In this document: in pieces, positions 1 through 10,159 of the stretch | Position numbering within the stretch: position 1 is the first letter of the stretch | How the letters are laid out: the number at the start of each line of letters is the position of its first letter | NCBI GenBank assembly: GCA_030390025.1 | Contig: CM059433.1 | Location: 27,468,001-27,532,000, forward strand | From: Squalus acanthias | Lineage: Eukaryota | Direction of reading: 5' to 3' | DNA length: 64,000 nucleotides | Made by a program: the position numbers and the translations under genes | The notes under the pieces: model-generated | Seen by the model: only the letters and a program-made list of their open reading frames with translations | The model's database searches: none | What the model was told of the DNA's origin: nothing

Positions 1-293
1 CAGATGGCCTTGCAGGACGCCCTCGACCAGCTCTGGGCCTGGAAGGCTCGGCTGTACACTGTGCCACCTCAGGATGGGCGGCGGCAGTCTGGGCTGGCTG
101 GATGACAGGCAGCGACAAGTGCAATAGCAGAGTGGCAGTGGTGGGATCAGGAATGCTGTCATCCTGAGAGAGGACAGCAGGTTCCTGCTCCACTGACCCA
201 CTCCCACTCCCCCGGGCCAGCACCTCAGCATCCCTACCAATCTGCTGGAGCACAGATTGGTGGGCTGCTGCGACATCGAGTTACCTGGACTCC

Positions 294-1064
294 GTGTTTC
301 AGGAGGTAGTCACACCAATTAGAGTAACTAATTCAGAAGTAGCCCGTGGTCAGGGACAGGAAGGTGTGACTACGAGTGAGGCAGGTACAGGGATCCAGGA
401 GGTAGTGTTGGAGGAGCCGCAGCCCTTGCTCTTGTCCAACAGGTTCGAGGCTCTTACTCCCTGTGTGGATAGGAGCGGGGACTGCAGGGAGGATGAGCAA
501 CCTGGCCACAGCACAGTGGTAAGGGGGGCCATTCAAGTGGGGGGAGTAAAAAGAAATGTTGTAGTGGTAGGGGATAGTATCATTAGGGGGATAGATAGGG
601 TTCTTTGCAGCCAAGAGCGAGAGTCCCGAAGGCTGTGTTGCCTGCCCGGTGCCAGGGTTAAGGACATCTCCTCTGGGCTGGAGAGAAACTTGGAGTGGGA
701 GGGGGAGGATCCAGTTGTCGTGGTCCATGTTGGTACCAATGACATAGATAGGACAAGGAAAGAGGTTCTGCTGAGGGAGTTTGAGCAGCTAGGGGCCAAA
801 TTAAAAAGCAGAACCTCGAGGGTAATAATCTCTGGATTACTACCTGAGCCACGAGCAAATTTGGCTAGGGTAAATAAAATCAGGGAGTTGAATGCGTGGC
901 TCAAAGACTGGTGTGGGAAAAATGGGTTTTGCTTCTTGGGACACTGGCACCAATACTGGGGCAGGAGAGAGCTGTTCCGTTGGGACGGACTTCACTTGGC
1001 CAGTGCTGGGACTAGTGTCCTGGCGAATCGAATAACTAGGGCTGTGGAGAGGGCTTTAAACTAA
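294..1064 (+). CDS. CR1 ORF1, C-terminal SGNH/GDSL esterase-like domain (5'-truncated; frame is open from 279)
   Basis: Motifs VVVGDSIIR, CLPGARV, VHVGTND and DGLHL, typical of the CR1 ORF1 esterase. The track start is GTG, not ATG. Confidence 0.9.
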   Translation: MFQEVVTPIRVTNSEVARGQGQEGVTTSEAGTGIQEVVLEEPQPLLLSNRFEALTPCVDRSGDCREDEQPGHSTVVRGAIQVGGVKRNVVVVGDSIIRGIDRVLCSQERESRRLCCLPGARVKDISSGLERNLEWEGEDPVVVVHVGTNDIDRTRKEVLLREFEQLGAKLKSRTSRVIISGLLPEPRANLARVNKIRELNAWLKDWCGKNGFCFLGHWHQYWGRRELFRWDGLHLASAGTSVLANRITRAVERALN

Positions 1065-1102
1065 TTAGTGGGGGGGAGGTTTCAAGAGAGCAAAAAATAA
1101 AA

Positions 1103-4054
1103 ATGACAACAGAGAGGGTCATAGACATAGGTAGCAGTAGGGGAATCACAAATCAGAGCGTGGCAGGAAGGGACAGAGTGTGTGGAGTAAAAGGTAAAGT
1201 GGTAAAAAGTGAAAAAGCAGGAACTAAGTGCCACAAAGCATATTTGAAAGTTCTCTATCTGAATGCACGTAGCATTCGTAACAAAATAGACGAGTTAATG
1301 GCACAAATAACTACATATGGTTATGATATTGTGGCCATTACAGAAACATGGCTGCAGGGTGACAATGCCTGGGAATTAAACATACCAGATTATTTAACGA
1401 TCAGGAAGGACAGGCAGGAAGGAAGGGGAGGTGGGGTGGCTATGTTAATAAAGGAAGGAATCACTGTAATACAGAGTAATGATATTGGGTCAAAAAATCA
1501 TGATAATGAAACAGTTTGGGTGGAGATAATGAATAATAAGGGGAAAAAAACACTAGTGGGCGTAGTCTATAGGCCTCCGAACAGTTGCAACTCTGTTGGA
1601 CGGAGTATCAATCAGGAAATAGTTGAGGCATGTAATAAGGGAACATCTATAATTATGGGGGATTTTAACTATCATATTAATTGGACAAATCAAATGGGGC
1701 AGGGCTGCCTTGAGGATGAGTTCATTGAGTGTATTAGGGATGGGTTTCTTGAGCAGTATGTAACTGAACCGACCAGGGGGCAAGCAACCTTAGATCTGGT
1801 CCTGTGTAACGAGACAGGATTAATTAAAAATGTCCTAGTAAAGGATCCCCTTGGAATGAGTGACCATAACATGGTTGAATTCCATATTCAATCAGAGGGT
1901 GAGAAGGTTGGATCTCAAACAAGCGTGCTAAGCTTGAATAAAGGAGACTATGAAGGTATGCGAGCGGAATTGAGTAGAGTGGATTGGGAAAATAGATTAA
2001 AGGGTAAGACGACACATGATCAGTGGTGTACATTCAAGGAGTTATTTTACAACTTCCAAAAAATATATATTCCACTGAAAAGAAAAGAGTGTAAAAGAAA
2101 GGACAGTCATCCGTGGCTAAGTAAAGAAATTAAGGATAGTATTCGACTAAAAACAAGGGCATATAAGGTAGTGAAATCTAGTGGGAGGACAGAGGATTGG
2201 GAAAACTTTAAAAGGCAGCAAAAAATAACAAAAAGATTGATTAAGAAAGGCAAGATAGATTATGAAAGTAAATTAGCAAAAAATATAAAAACAGATAGTA
2301 AGAGTTTTTATAGTTATATAAAAAGAAAAAGGGTGGCTAAAGTAAATGTTGGTCCCTTAGAGGATGAGACCGGGAAATTAATGGTGGGAAATATGGAGAT
2401 GGCAAAAACACTGAATGAATATTTTGTATCAGTCTTTACAGTAGAGGACACTAAGAATATCCCAACACTGGACAAACAGGGGGCTATAGGGGGAGAGGAG
2501 CTAAACACGATCAAAATCACTAAGGAAGTGGTACTCGGTAAAATAATGGGACTCAAGGCGGATAAATCACCTGGACCTGATGGCTTACATCCTAGAGTCT
2601 TGAAGGAAGTGGCGGTAGGGATTGTAGATGCATTGGTAATAATTTTTCAAAACTCCCTGGATTCCGCTAAGGTCCCGGCAGACTGGAAAACTGCTAATGT
2701 AACACCCTTATTTAAAAAGGGCAGTAGACAGAAGGCTGGTAACTATAGACCGGTTAGCCTAACATCTGTGGTAGGTAAAATTTTGGAGTCCATTATTAAG
2801 GAAACAGTAACAGGACATTTGGATAATCATAATTTAATAGGACAAAGTCAGCATGGTTTTACGAAGGGGAAGTCATGTTTGACAAATTTGCTGGAGTTCT
2901 TTGAGGAAGTAACATATAGAGTGGATAAAGGGGAACCAGTGGACGTAGTGTATTTAGACTTCAAAAAGGCATTTGACAAGGTGCCACACAAAAGATTATT
3001 GCTTAAGGTAAGAAATCACGGGATTGGGGGTAATATTCTGGCATGGATAGAGGATTGGCTATCTAACAGAAAGCAAAGAGTTGGGATAAATGGTTCATTC
3101 TCAGACTGGCAATCAGTAACTAGTGGTGTTCCACAGGGGTCAGTGCTGGGTCCCCAACTCTTTACAATCTATATTAACGATTTGGAGGAAGGGACCAAGT
3201 GTAACATATCAAAATTTGCAGATGATACAAAGATGGGAGGGAAAGTAGTGAGTGAGGAGGACATAAAAAACCTGCAAGGGGACATAGACAGGCTAAGTAA
3301 GTGGGCAGAGATTTGGCAAATGGAATACAACACTGGAAAGTGTGAGGTGATGCACTTTGGCAGGAAAAATCCTAGAGCAATTTATTATCTTAATGGCAAG
3401 AAACTGGAGAGTACTGAAGTGCAGAGGGATCTGGGGGTCCTGGTGCACGAAACTCAAAAGGTTAGTATGCAGGTGCAGCAAGTGATTAAGAAGGCAAATG
3501 GAATGTTGGCTTTCATTGCTAGGGGGATAGAATATAAAAATAGGGAGGTATTGCTTCAGTTGTACAAGGTATTGGTGAGACCGCACCTGGAATACTGCAT
3601 ACAGTTTTGGTGTCCTTACTTAAGGAAAGACATCCTTGCTCTCGAGGCAGTGCAAAAAAGGTTCACTCGGTTAATCCCGGGGATGAGGGGGTGGTCATAT
3701 GAGGAGAGGTTGTGTAGATTGGGACTCTACTCATTGGAGTTCAGAAGAATGAGAGGCGATCTTATTGAAACATATAAGATTGTGAAGGGGTTGGATCGGG
3801 TGGATGCGGGGAGGATGTTCCCGATGACGGGTGAGACTAGAACTAGGGGACATAGTCTTAGAATAAGGGGCTGCTCTTTCAAAACTGAGATGAGGAGGAA
3901 CTACTTCACTCAGAGGGTGGTAGGTCCATGGAATATGCTGCCACAAAAAGCTGTAGAAGCTACATCATTAAATAAATTTAAAACAGAAATAGACAGTTTC
4001 CTAGAAGTAAAGGGCATTAAGGGTTACGGGGAGCGGGCAGGAATTTGGACATGA
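1103..4054 (+). CDS. CR1 ORF2: apurinic-like endonuclease + reverse transcriptase, 983 aa, uninterrupted
   Basis: APE motifs YLNARSI, AITETWL, MGDFN and SDHN; RT motifs NYRPVSL, YLDFKKAFDKV, GVPQGSVLGP and KFADD; C-terminal RPHLEYC and TRGH. Confidence 0.97.
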   Translation: MTTERVIDIGSSRGITNQSVAGRDRVCGVKGKVVKSEKAGTKCHKAYLKVLYLNARSIRNKIDELMAQITTYGYDIVAITETWLQGDNAWELNIPDYLTIRKDRQEGRGGGVAMLIKEGITVIQSNDIGSKNHDNETVWVEIMNNKGKKTLVGVVYRPPNSCNSVGRSINQEIVEACNKGTSIIMGDFNYHINWTNQMGQGCLEDEFIECIRDGFLEQYVTEPTRGQATLDLVLCNETGLIKNVLVKDPLGMSDHNMVEFHIQSEGEKVGSQTSVLSLNKGDYEGMRAELSRVDWENRLKGKTTHDQWCTFKELFYNFQKIYIPLKRKECKRKDSHPWLSKEIKDSIRLKTRAYKVVKSSGRTEDWENFKRQQKITKRLIKKGKIDYESKLAKNIKTDSKSFYSYIKRKRVAKVNVGPLEDETGKLMVGNMEMAKTLNEYFVSVFTVEDTKNIPTLDKQGAIGGEELNTIKITKEVVLGKIMGLKADKSPGPDGLHPRVLKEVAVGIVDALVIIFQNSLDSAKVPADWKTANVTPLFKKGSRQKAGNYRPVSLTSVVGKILESIIKETVTGHLDNHNLIGQSQHGFTKGKSCLTNLLEFFEEVTYRVDKGEPVDVVYLDFKKAFDKVPHKRLLLKVRNHGIGGNILAWIEDWLSNRKQRVGINGSFSDWQSVTSGVPQGSVLGPQLFTIYINDLEEGTKCNISKFADDTKMGGKVVSEEDIKNLQGDIDRLSKWAEIWQMEYNTGKCEVMHFGRKNPRAIYYLNGKKLESTEVQRDLGVLVHETQKVSMQVQQVIKKANGMLAFIARGIEYKNREVLLQLYKVLVRPHLEYCIQFWCPYLRKDILALEAVQKRFTRLIPGMRGWSYEERLCRLGLYSLEFRRMRGDLIETYKIVKGLDRVDAGRMFPMTGETRTRGHSLRIRGCSFKTEMRRNYFTQRVVGPWNMLPQKAVEATSLNKFKTEIDSFLEVKGIKGYGERAGIWT

Positions 4055-5846
4055 GTCTAGGTTCGGATCGGTCATGGCCCTGTGGGTAGTGGATCGGGCC
4101 CAGGGACCGTGTAGCCTGATTCTGCTCCTATTTCGTGTGTGCAATTCTGTTAGATGCAGGAGATGGTTCTGTGATAGATAGCAGATTGGCGGTTAGGATC
4201 AGATCAGCCATGATCTTATTGAATGGCGGAGCAGGCTCGAGGGGCCGATTGGCCTACTCCTGCTCCTATTTCTTATGTTCTTATGTTCTTATCGTGAGAT
4301 CCCCGGTGGACTGTGGTGGACCCAGCGACGATGGCAGCAGTCAGAGCTTGTGTGGCATCAAGCTGAGACTGCATGAGAACAGTCTGAGACGCGATGCCAT
4401 CAACCATTGCCTGCATTACAGCACTAAGACATTGCGTCGCTTCCGCCTGTGCTGCAATGGAAGCTGCCACATCACCCATGACACATGTCATGAGGTCTGG
4501 ATTCGCATGGTCTCTCTGGGAGTCCACAATCCTCTGCAGAGTGGAAATGATGGGCTCCATGGTGTGCGCAGATCTCTGTGCAATGTTGGAGGCAGACTCC
4601 TCCACACTCCTTACCATTGCCGAGAGGCTCTCGGACACCCTTGCCATCGCACCTATCATCTCGGAGTGCATGGCCATCACCCTTCTTGTCCTGTGCAGCA
4701 GAACTCGCGCGCGAACTCACCCACTGGGGTGCTAGCTTCCAAGTTTCCCTTTCCCCTGGCCTTGCTGCAGCCCGCTCGTCCCCGGTGTATCACCCAGTGC
4801 AAAGCTCTCTACTAAACTTGCCTCTAAAGAATGCGTAGTGCCAGTATCTGAGGTGGTGCCTGCGGGTGAGAGATGCAGTGATGCGGTGCTTTGCTCCTCC
4901 TCTTCTTCTCCTTCCTCACTCTCAGTGGGAGGCTCAGGGACAGGCTGGTCATCTGGTTGCTGATTCTCTGAAAGCATAAAGGCACAAAACTCGTGTTAAG
5001 GTGAGGGTAGGGGCTCAGGAAGGGAGCAAGAAATGCAGCCAGTATCAGGTGCTGGAAAGTGGGAAAGGCTTGTGGTATGAGGGGAAAGTGGGATGAGAGA
5101 AAGAGAGGGGATGAAATACCATTGTTGCCCCCAACCACCTGCTGCTGAATGAGTCGCAGCACTCGCTCCTCCAGGTCTGAAAGCTGCTGGAGCTGCGCAT
5201 CACCCCCGCCTGTTCTCTGCTACTCCCTCCTATTGTAAGCCATCTTGGCCTGCAAGAGAAACGAATGTGTGAGTGTTTGTCCAGCTATGTGTTTGGGAGA
5301 TGTGCCTGCCGTAGTTGAATAGCTGCAATTGTAGGCAAGGCATGAGATGTGGATGTGAGTTTGAGTAGGCGCAGATGCTTGGTGGGTGAGTGGTGGGGGT
5401 GTGGTGGTTTGTGCAGTGTGTACAGACTGAGGTTCAGACGCTGGTATGTAGGACCTGTTGAAGCATGTACTCACCTTGACCACCCGAGTGAGGTTGTTGA
5501 ATTTCTTCTGACACTGTGTCAAGCTGTGTATGACCACACTACTGGCCGAGACCTCCTGGGCCACTTCCCTCCACATTGCCCTGAATACCTGGGGCAATGG
5601 CCTCTTTCCAGTGTCTGGGAACAGCACTGCCCTCCTTCGCTCCACTCCCACGACCAACGCCATAATGCCTCGTCCGTGAAACGACGAGCTCTCTCCCTGG
5701 AATTGGGATCAACCATCACGATCAGGGGATTGAGTTCCTTGCAGGTCGCCTTCACAGCCAGCAATGCCACAATGATGCAACCTCCCCTTTAAGAGTTGGA
5801 AGGGGCCAGTGTGAAGAATCATTCCTGATTGCATAGCACCTGAAAT

Positions 5847-6172
5847 TCATTATCGCTCTGCTGGTAGCGCTCCTGTAGTGCCCTGCTTAGGTCATTATCG
5901 CTCTGCTGGTAGCGCCCCTGTAGCGCCCTGCTTAGGTCATTATCGCTCTGCTGGTAGTGCTCCTGTAGCGCCCTGCTTAGGTCATTATCGCTCTGTTGGT
6001 AGCGCCCCTGTAGCGCCCTGCTTAGGTCATTATCGCTCTGCTGGTAGCGCCCCTGTAGCGCCCTGCTTAGGTCATTATCACTCTGCTGGTAGCGCCCCTG
6101 TAGCGCCCTGCTTAGGTCATTAGCGCTCTGCTGGTAGCGCTCCTGTAGCGCCCTGCTTAGGTCATTAGCGCT
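5847..6172. repeat. 45-bp tandem repeat, 7 full copies plus a partial, in the subterminal region of H1
   Basis: Unit TCATTATCGCTCTGCTGGTAGCGCCCCTGTAGCGCCCTGCTTAGG starts at 5847, 5892, 5937, 5982, 6027, 6072 and 6117, with a partial at 6162. There are no spacers. Confidence 0.95.
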
Positions 6173-6460
6173 TGATGTAGCGCTTCAGCTCTTTCCAGGA
6201 GCGCTACAAGCCAATTTAGGGAAACCTCAGACTCATTAGCGCCTGGCGCTAATTTTTCACAATTTCAAAATTTAGCGCCACAAACGGGGCGATACCAAAT
6301 TTTTCCCCGTTATGTTTTCCAATGGAAAATAGTCTATATGGTCTTCATGCTGAATATCTGGCTCATATTATTCAGTCAAAATAACTCAAAATGATTTGCG
6401 ATTTTTTTTGTGCAGACCGGTGAAATCCTGGCGAGAGATTAAAGAGATGCATCAGTTGTC

Positions 6461-8096
6461 TTACATAGATTACATAGATTACATCGAAGATAGGAGCAGG
6501 AGTAGGCCATCCGGCCCTTCGAGCCTGCTCCGCCATTTAATGAGATCATGGCTGATCCTCCAATTCAGTATCCCGTCCCCGCCTTCTCTCCGTAACCCTT
6601 AACCCCTTTTGCCTGTAGAAATATATCTAATTCCCTCTTAAATATATTTAATGAGCTGGCGTACACTGCCCTCTGTGGCAATGAGTTCCACAGGTTCACC
6701 ACCCTCTGAGTGAAGAAATTCCCCCTCATTTCTGTCCTAAATGGTTTAGCCCTTATCCTTAAATTATGTCCTCTAGTTCTGTTCTCACCCGCCAAGGGAA
6801 ACATTCCTTCTGCATCTAGTCTGTCTAGACCTGTCAGAATTTTATACACTTCTATGAGGTCCCCTCTCAATCTTCTAAACTCCAGTGTGTACATCCCTAA
6901 ACTACATAGTCTCTCCTCATAGGTCAATCCCGCCATTCCTGGTATCAGCCTGGTGAATCGCCGCTGCACCCCCTCCATGGCAAGAACATCTTTCCTCAGA
7001 TGAGGCGACCAAAACTGTACACAGTACTCGAGGTGTGGTCTCACCAGTGCCCTGTACAGCTGCAGCAAGGTATCCCTGTTCCTGTATTCCAACCCTTTTG
7101 CTATGAAGGCCAGCATACCGTTTGCCTTCTTGACCGCCTGTTGCACCTGCATGCTCGCCTTCAGTGACTGGTGTACAAGAACACCCAGGTCTCTCTGTAC
7201 TTCCCCCTCTCCCAATTTATTGCCATTTAAATAATAATTTGCCCTCCCGTTCCTGCACCCAAGGTGGATAACTTCGCACTTGTCCACATTATAGTGCATC
7301 TGCCATTTATCCGCCCAATCACCCAGTCTGTCCAAATCGCTCTGGAGCTTCCTGGTCTCCTCCTCTGAGCCCACCCCCCCTCCTAGTTTAGTGTCGTCTG
7401 CAAATTTGGAAATGCTGCATCCGACTCCCTGATCCAGGTCATTAATGTAAATTGTGAACAGCTGGGGACCCAGGACAGATCCCTGTGGTACCCCACTTGT
7501 TACTGCCTGCCATTCAGAAAATGAGCCGTTTATTCCAACTCTCTGTTTTCTATCTGACAGCCAGTTCTCTATCCACGTCAATACTTTCCCCTTTATCCCA
7601 TGAGCTTCAATTTTCCATGCTAATCTTTTATGTGGGACCTTGTCGAAGGCCTTTTGGAAGTCCAGGTACACCACATCTACTGGCTCTCCCCCATCTATTT
7701 TACCAGTTACTCCCTCAAAAAATTCCAATAGATTAGTCAAGCACGATTTACCCTTTGTAAATCCATGTTGACTCTGTCCTATCCTGTCCCCATTTGCTAA
7801 GTGCTCTGCTATTTCATCCTTAATGATGGACTCCAGCATTTTGCCCACAACTGATGTAAGGCTTACAGGTCTGTAATTACCTGCTTTTTCCCTACCCCCC
7901 TTTTTGAATAGTGGGGTAACGTTAGCTACCCTCCAATCCATGGGCACTGTTCCCGAGTCTAATGAATTCTGAAAAATCATACTTAGTGCATCCGCTATCT
8001 CTAGGGCCACCTCCTTCAGTACCCTAGGATGCATGTTATCAGGCCCTGGGGATTTGTCCGCCTTCAATCCCTTTAGCTTCCTTAACACCATATCTT
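6461..8096 (-). mobile_element. 5'-truncated CR1 LINE (RT half)
   Basis: 3' tail (TTACATAGA)n on the + strand at 6461-6485, CR1 3' UTR, and an open RT frame. Confidence 0.93.
6565..8091 (-). CDS. CR1 ORF2 reverse-transcriptase portion (508 codons, endonuclease lost by truncation)
   Basis: KSPGPD, NYRPVSL, YLDFQKAFDKV, GVPQGSVLGP, KFADD, RPHLEYC; no stops. Confidence 0.85.
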   Translation of the reverse strand: MVLRKLKGLKADKSPGPDNMHPRVLKEVALEIADALSMIFQNSLDSGTVPMDWRVANVTPLFKKGGREKAGNYRPVSLTSVVGKMLESIIKDEIAEHLANGDRIGQSQHGFTKGKSCLTNLLEFFEGVTGKIDGGEPVDVVYLDFQKAFDKVPHKRLAWKIEAHGIKGKVLTWIENWLSDRKQRVGINGSFSEWQAVTSGVPQGSVLGPQLFTIYINDLDQGVGCSISKFADDTKLGGGVGSEEETRKLQSDLDRLGDWADKWQMHYNVDKCEVIHLGCRNGRANYYLNGNKLGEGEVQRDLGVLVHQSLKASMQVQQAVKKANGMLAFIAKGLEYRNRDTLLQLYRALVRPHLEYCVQFWSPHLRKDVLAMEGVQRRFTRLIPGMAGLTYEERLCSLGMYTLEFRRLRGDLIEVYKILTGLDRLDAEGMFPLAGENRTRGHNLRIRAKPFRTEMRGNFFTQRVVNLWNSLPQRAVYASSLNIFKRELDIFLQAKGVKGYGEKAGTGY

Positions 8097-8274
8097 GATG
8101 TCCACTTTGACACCAATAAGATTGTAAACACTTTAGGAAAAACTTAATTGTAGGCTTTTTCTCTGCTGTGCCACTGGTTTACTACATTGGTGTAACAGAC
8201 AGCAATACATCTGGTTTATTTGCTTTTCTCTGTTGCTGGGAACTGACCTCTTTGTGGCATAAAATGGGTGCACA

Positions 8275-8897
8275 GCATACCAATTTAGAAATGGGATGGC
8301 CTGCGCCCAATCTGCATAGGTGTTGGTCCCACTGCTAAATTCATGGAGCCTATTTTTTAGGCGACCTGGACAGTTGATTAAAACAAGCATTAGGTTCCTT
8401 GCATATGTTAATGATGGGTCTAACGCCTGTTTTAGGATTCCTACCTGAAAGTGGGCTGTACTGATCCCAGCCGGTACTGGGCCTGCTGCGTTTTGGATAA
8501 CCAGCTTTACATGTGGCTTAACCAACGGTACTTAAAGGGATTGCTGGAGCCCACCACCAAAAAGGTAAATTTCTTTTAAAACTCTTCCCTTAATGTGGAG
8601 CCAGGAAGAGCAGGCGTGCGCCTCCTAGCTCCACAGCAGTCCCAAAGCCCGTTGGCAACCCTCGATCATCTCCTTCCCCCACCCCGCCCAGTACCTACCC
8701 GAGGGCTGCTGCTGATGACACAGCAGCCTGAAATCGATGTCCACTTCACTGACGAGCTGCCTGGGGACGCACAGCAGTCTAATTTAAATGAGGCGCAAGG
8801 CCCAATTTTGATTGGGCCCCGGCCTACCTGTTTTAGCGCAGGGATAGTTCCCTGTTCCCAGTTTGCTGAGGAGTACTGAAGCTATCCAATTTATACC
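8275..8897. mobile_element. Degenerate non-autonomous Harbinger-like element (MITE remnant)
   Basis: GC-rich island ending CCAATTTATACC. Contains TACTTAAAGGGAT (8529), like the Harbinger transposase upstream motif. No TSD found. Confidence 0.35.
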
Positions 8898-10159
8898 TCA
8901 TAGGCCTTTATAACCCATAATAGTAGAACCTTCATATTAAAAAAATGTTGCTTGTCCAGGCTCTAACAAAAAGGGGTGACATCCCTTTAACTTTGGTAGT
9001 TTTGATGACTGAGGGCATCTTTGCAGTTGGCTTACAAGAATAAACAATAATCTGTATTGCAGGTGGGATCTGTCTCCAAAATTGCTTTCAGTTTTAATTT
9101 TAATAGAATCACGGACCCTGATTTTAACCTAACCCAGCCTGTGGGAACAGAACAGGTTTGTGTCGGAGGGCGGTTTTATATCCCACCTAATTTTACACTC
9201 CATTGACTTCAAAAAGTGTTTATTGCAAAATAGTTTTGCATCTGTTTCTGATATTCTCCAGCACTAGAGGATGCAAGCCAATACCGTGAGTTTTTATTGT
9301 ACATGCATGTTCCAATAAAGTTTCTGATGTAGTTGCTATGTGTTTAATTTCTCAAAAGGCAGGGTGGTAAACGTCATCATATACAACATTTGCAATTTTC
9401 TATATCTTATTTTAACCACTGATATAAAAATGTATTTGCAGAACTTATGGATAAAACAATTCCGCAAAGGAAGTTTGGTGTTGCTAACAAGTTTAAATTG
9501 TTGCCATAAAAAGAGCTCAAAATGTTTTTAGAGATGGGCTACCATTCAGTAAGATCTCTAACTTTTTCTGTTGTGCTGGCAGCAAATGAAATGTAGGAAA
9601 AGCAATAAACAGAGCTTGCTTCTGATCGGCATTTTTTCCCTTCCCTCCCTTGGTTGGAATATATAGCCTGGGTTCTTGAGAGGAAACCAATACCGTTCTG
9701 AAATGCCCTTGAGGATGTGTAGAAGAGCAGCCTGGAAATTACTACATTAAATTTTTTCCTTGCTTTACACTCAGCTTAGCCTTTTCCATAGCTATAGAGT
9801 TTAGATCAGGGACTCAGCGGTGTGGGGAGAATTGTATTGTGCAAACCCTACGGGGGACAAATTGGATAAGACCTGAAAATGGGCACAGGGATTGCGGTGC
9901 GCGATTCACCTGCGTCCGTTTATAGTGTCGCAGGCGGCATGTTAAAATCGTGCTGCCTACTCTTTTAAATGTTTTCTGTGTGCAGCCAGTGCTACCCGCG
10001 CTGTTCATTGGCTTCATGCACCAGCAGAGGGCATGATATCACAAGTGTCTGGCGCTACTTAAAGGCAGCCTACACCTCTTAAAGGGGAGGTGTATTGTGG
10101 CTGCAACAATTGATGGGAGTTTTTTTCAAAACTCAATCAGTGCGTTGATACTTTGAGCA

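Larger units (their letters stand above)
279..4290 (+). mobile_element. CR1-clade LINE, near full length, 5'-truncated within ORF1
   Basis: ORF1 (SGNH esterase) plus ORF2 (APE+RT), a 3' (TTCTTATG)n tail at 4270-4290, and a flanking ATCG duplication (275-278 and 4291-4294) whose removal restores the Harbinger sequence. Confidence 0.95.
1..6308 (-). mobile_element. PIF/Harbinger transposon H1 (Myb-gene half; runs off the left edge; split by a CR1 insertion at 279-4290)
   Basis: 1-278 and 4295-5720 are colinear with the Myb-gene region of H10 (57680-59330). Minus-strand SANT/Myb peptide RERARRFTDEAL/MALVVGVERRRAVLFP...WREVAQEV...QCQKKFNNL has a 1-nt frameshift near 5663. The terminus reads GGGGAAAAATTTGG (reverse complement, ending 6308). 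Confidence 0.85.

Noticed and set aside
4135..4815. 226-aa plus-strand ORF
   Set aside because: It spans the CR1 3' UTR and the antisense strand of the Harbinger Myb exon; a junction artefact.
5847..6172. Possible CRISPR array or repetitive peptide ORF (5878-6123)
   Set aside because: The units are head-to-tail with no unique spacers, there are no cas genes, and the context is eukaryotic. The ORF exists only because 45 is a multiple of 3 and that frame has no stop.
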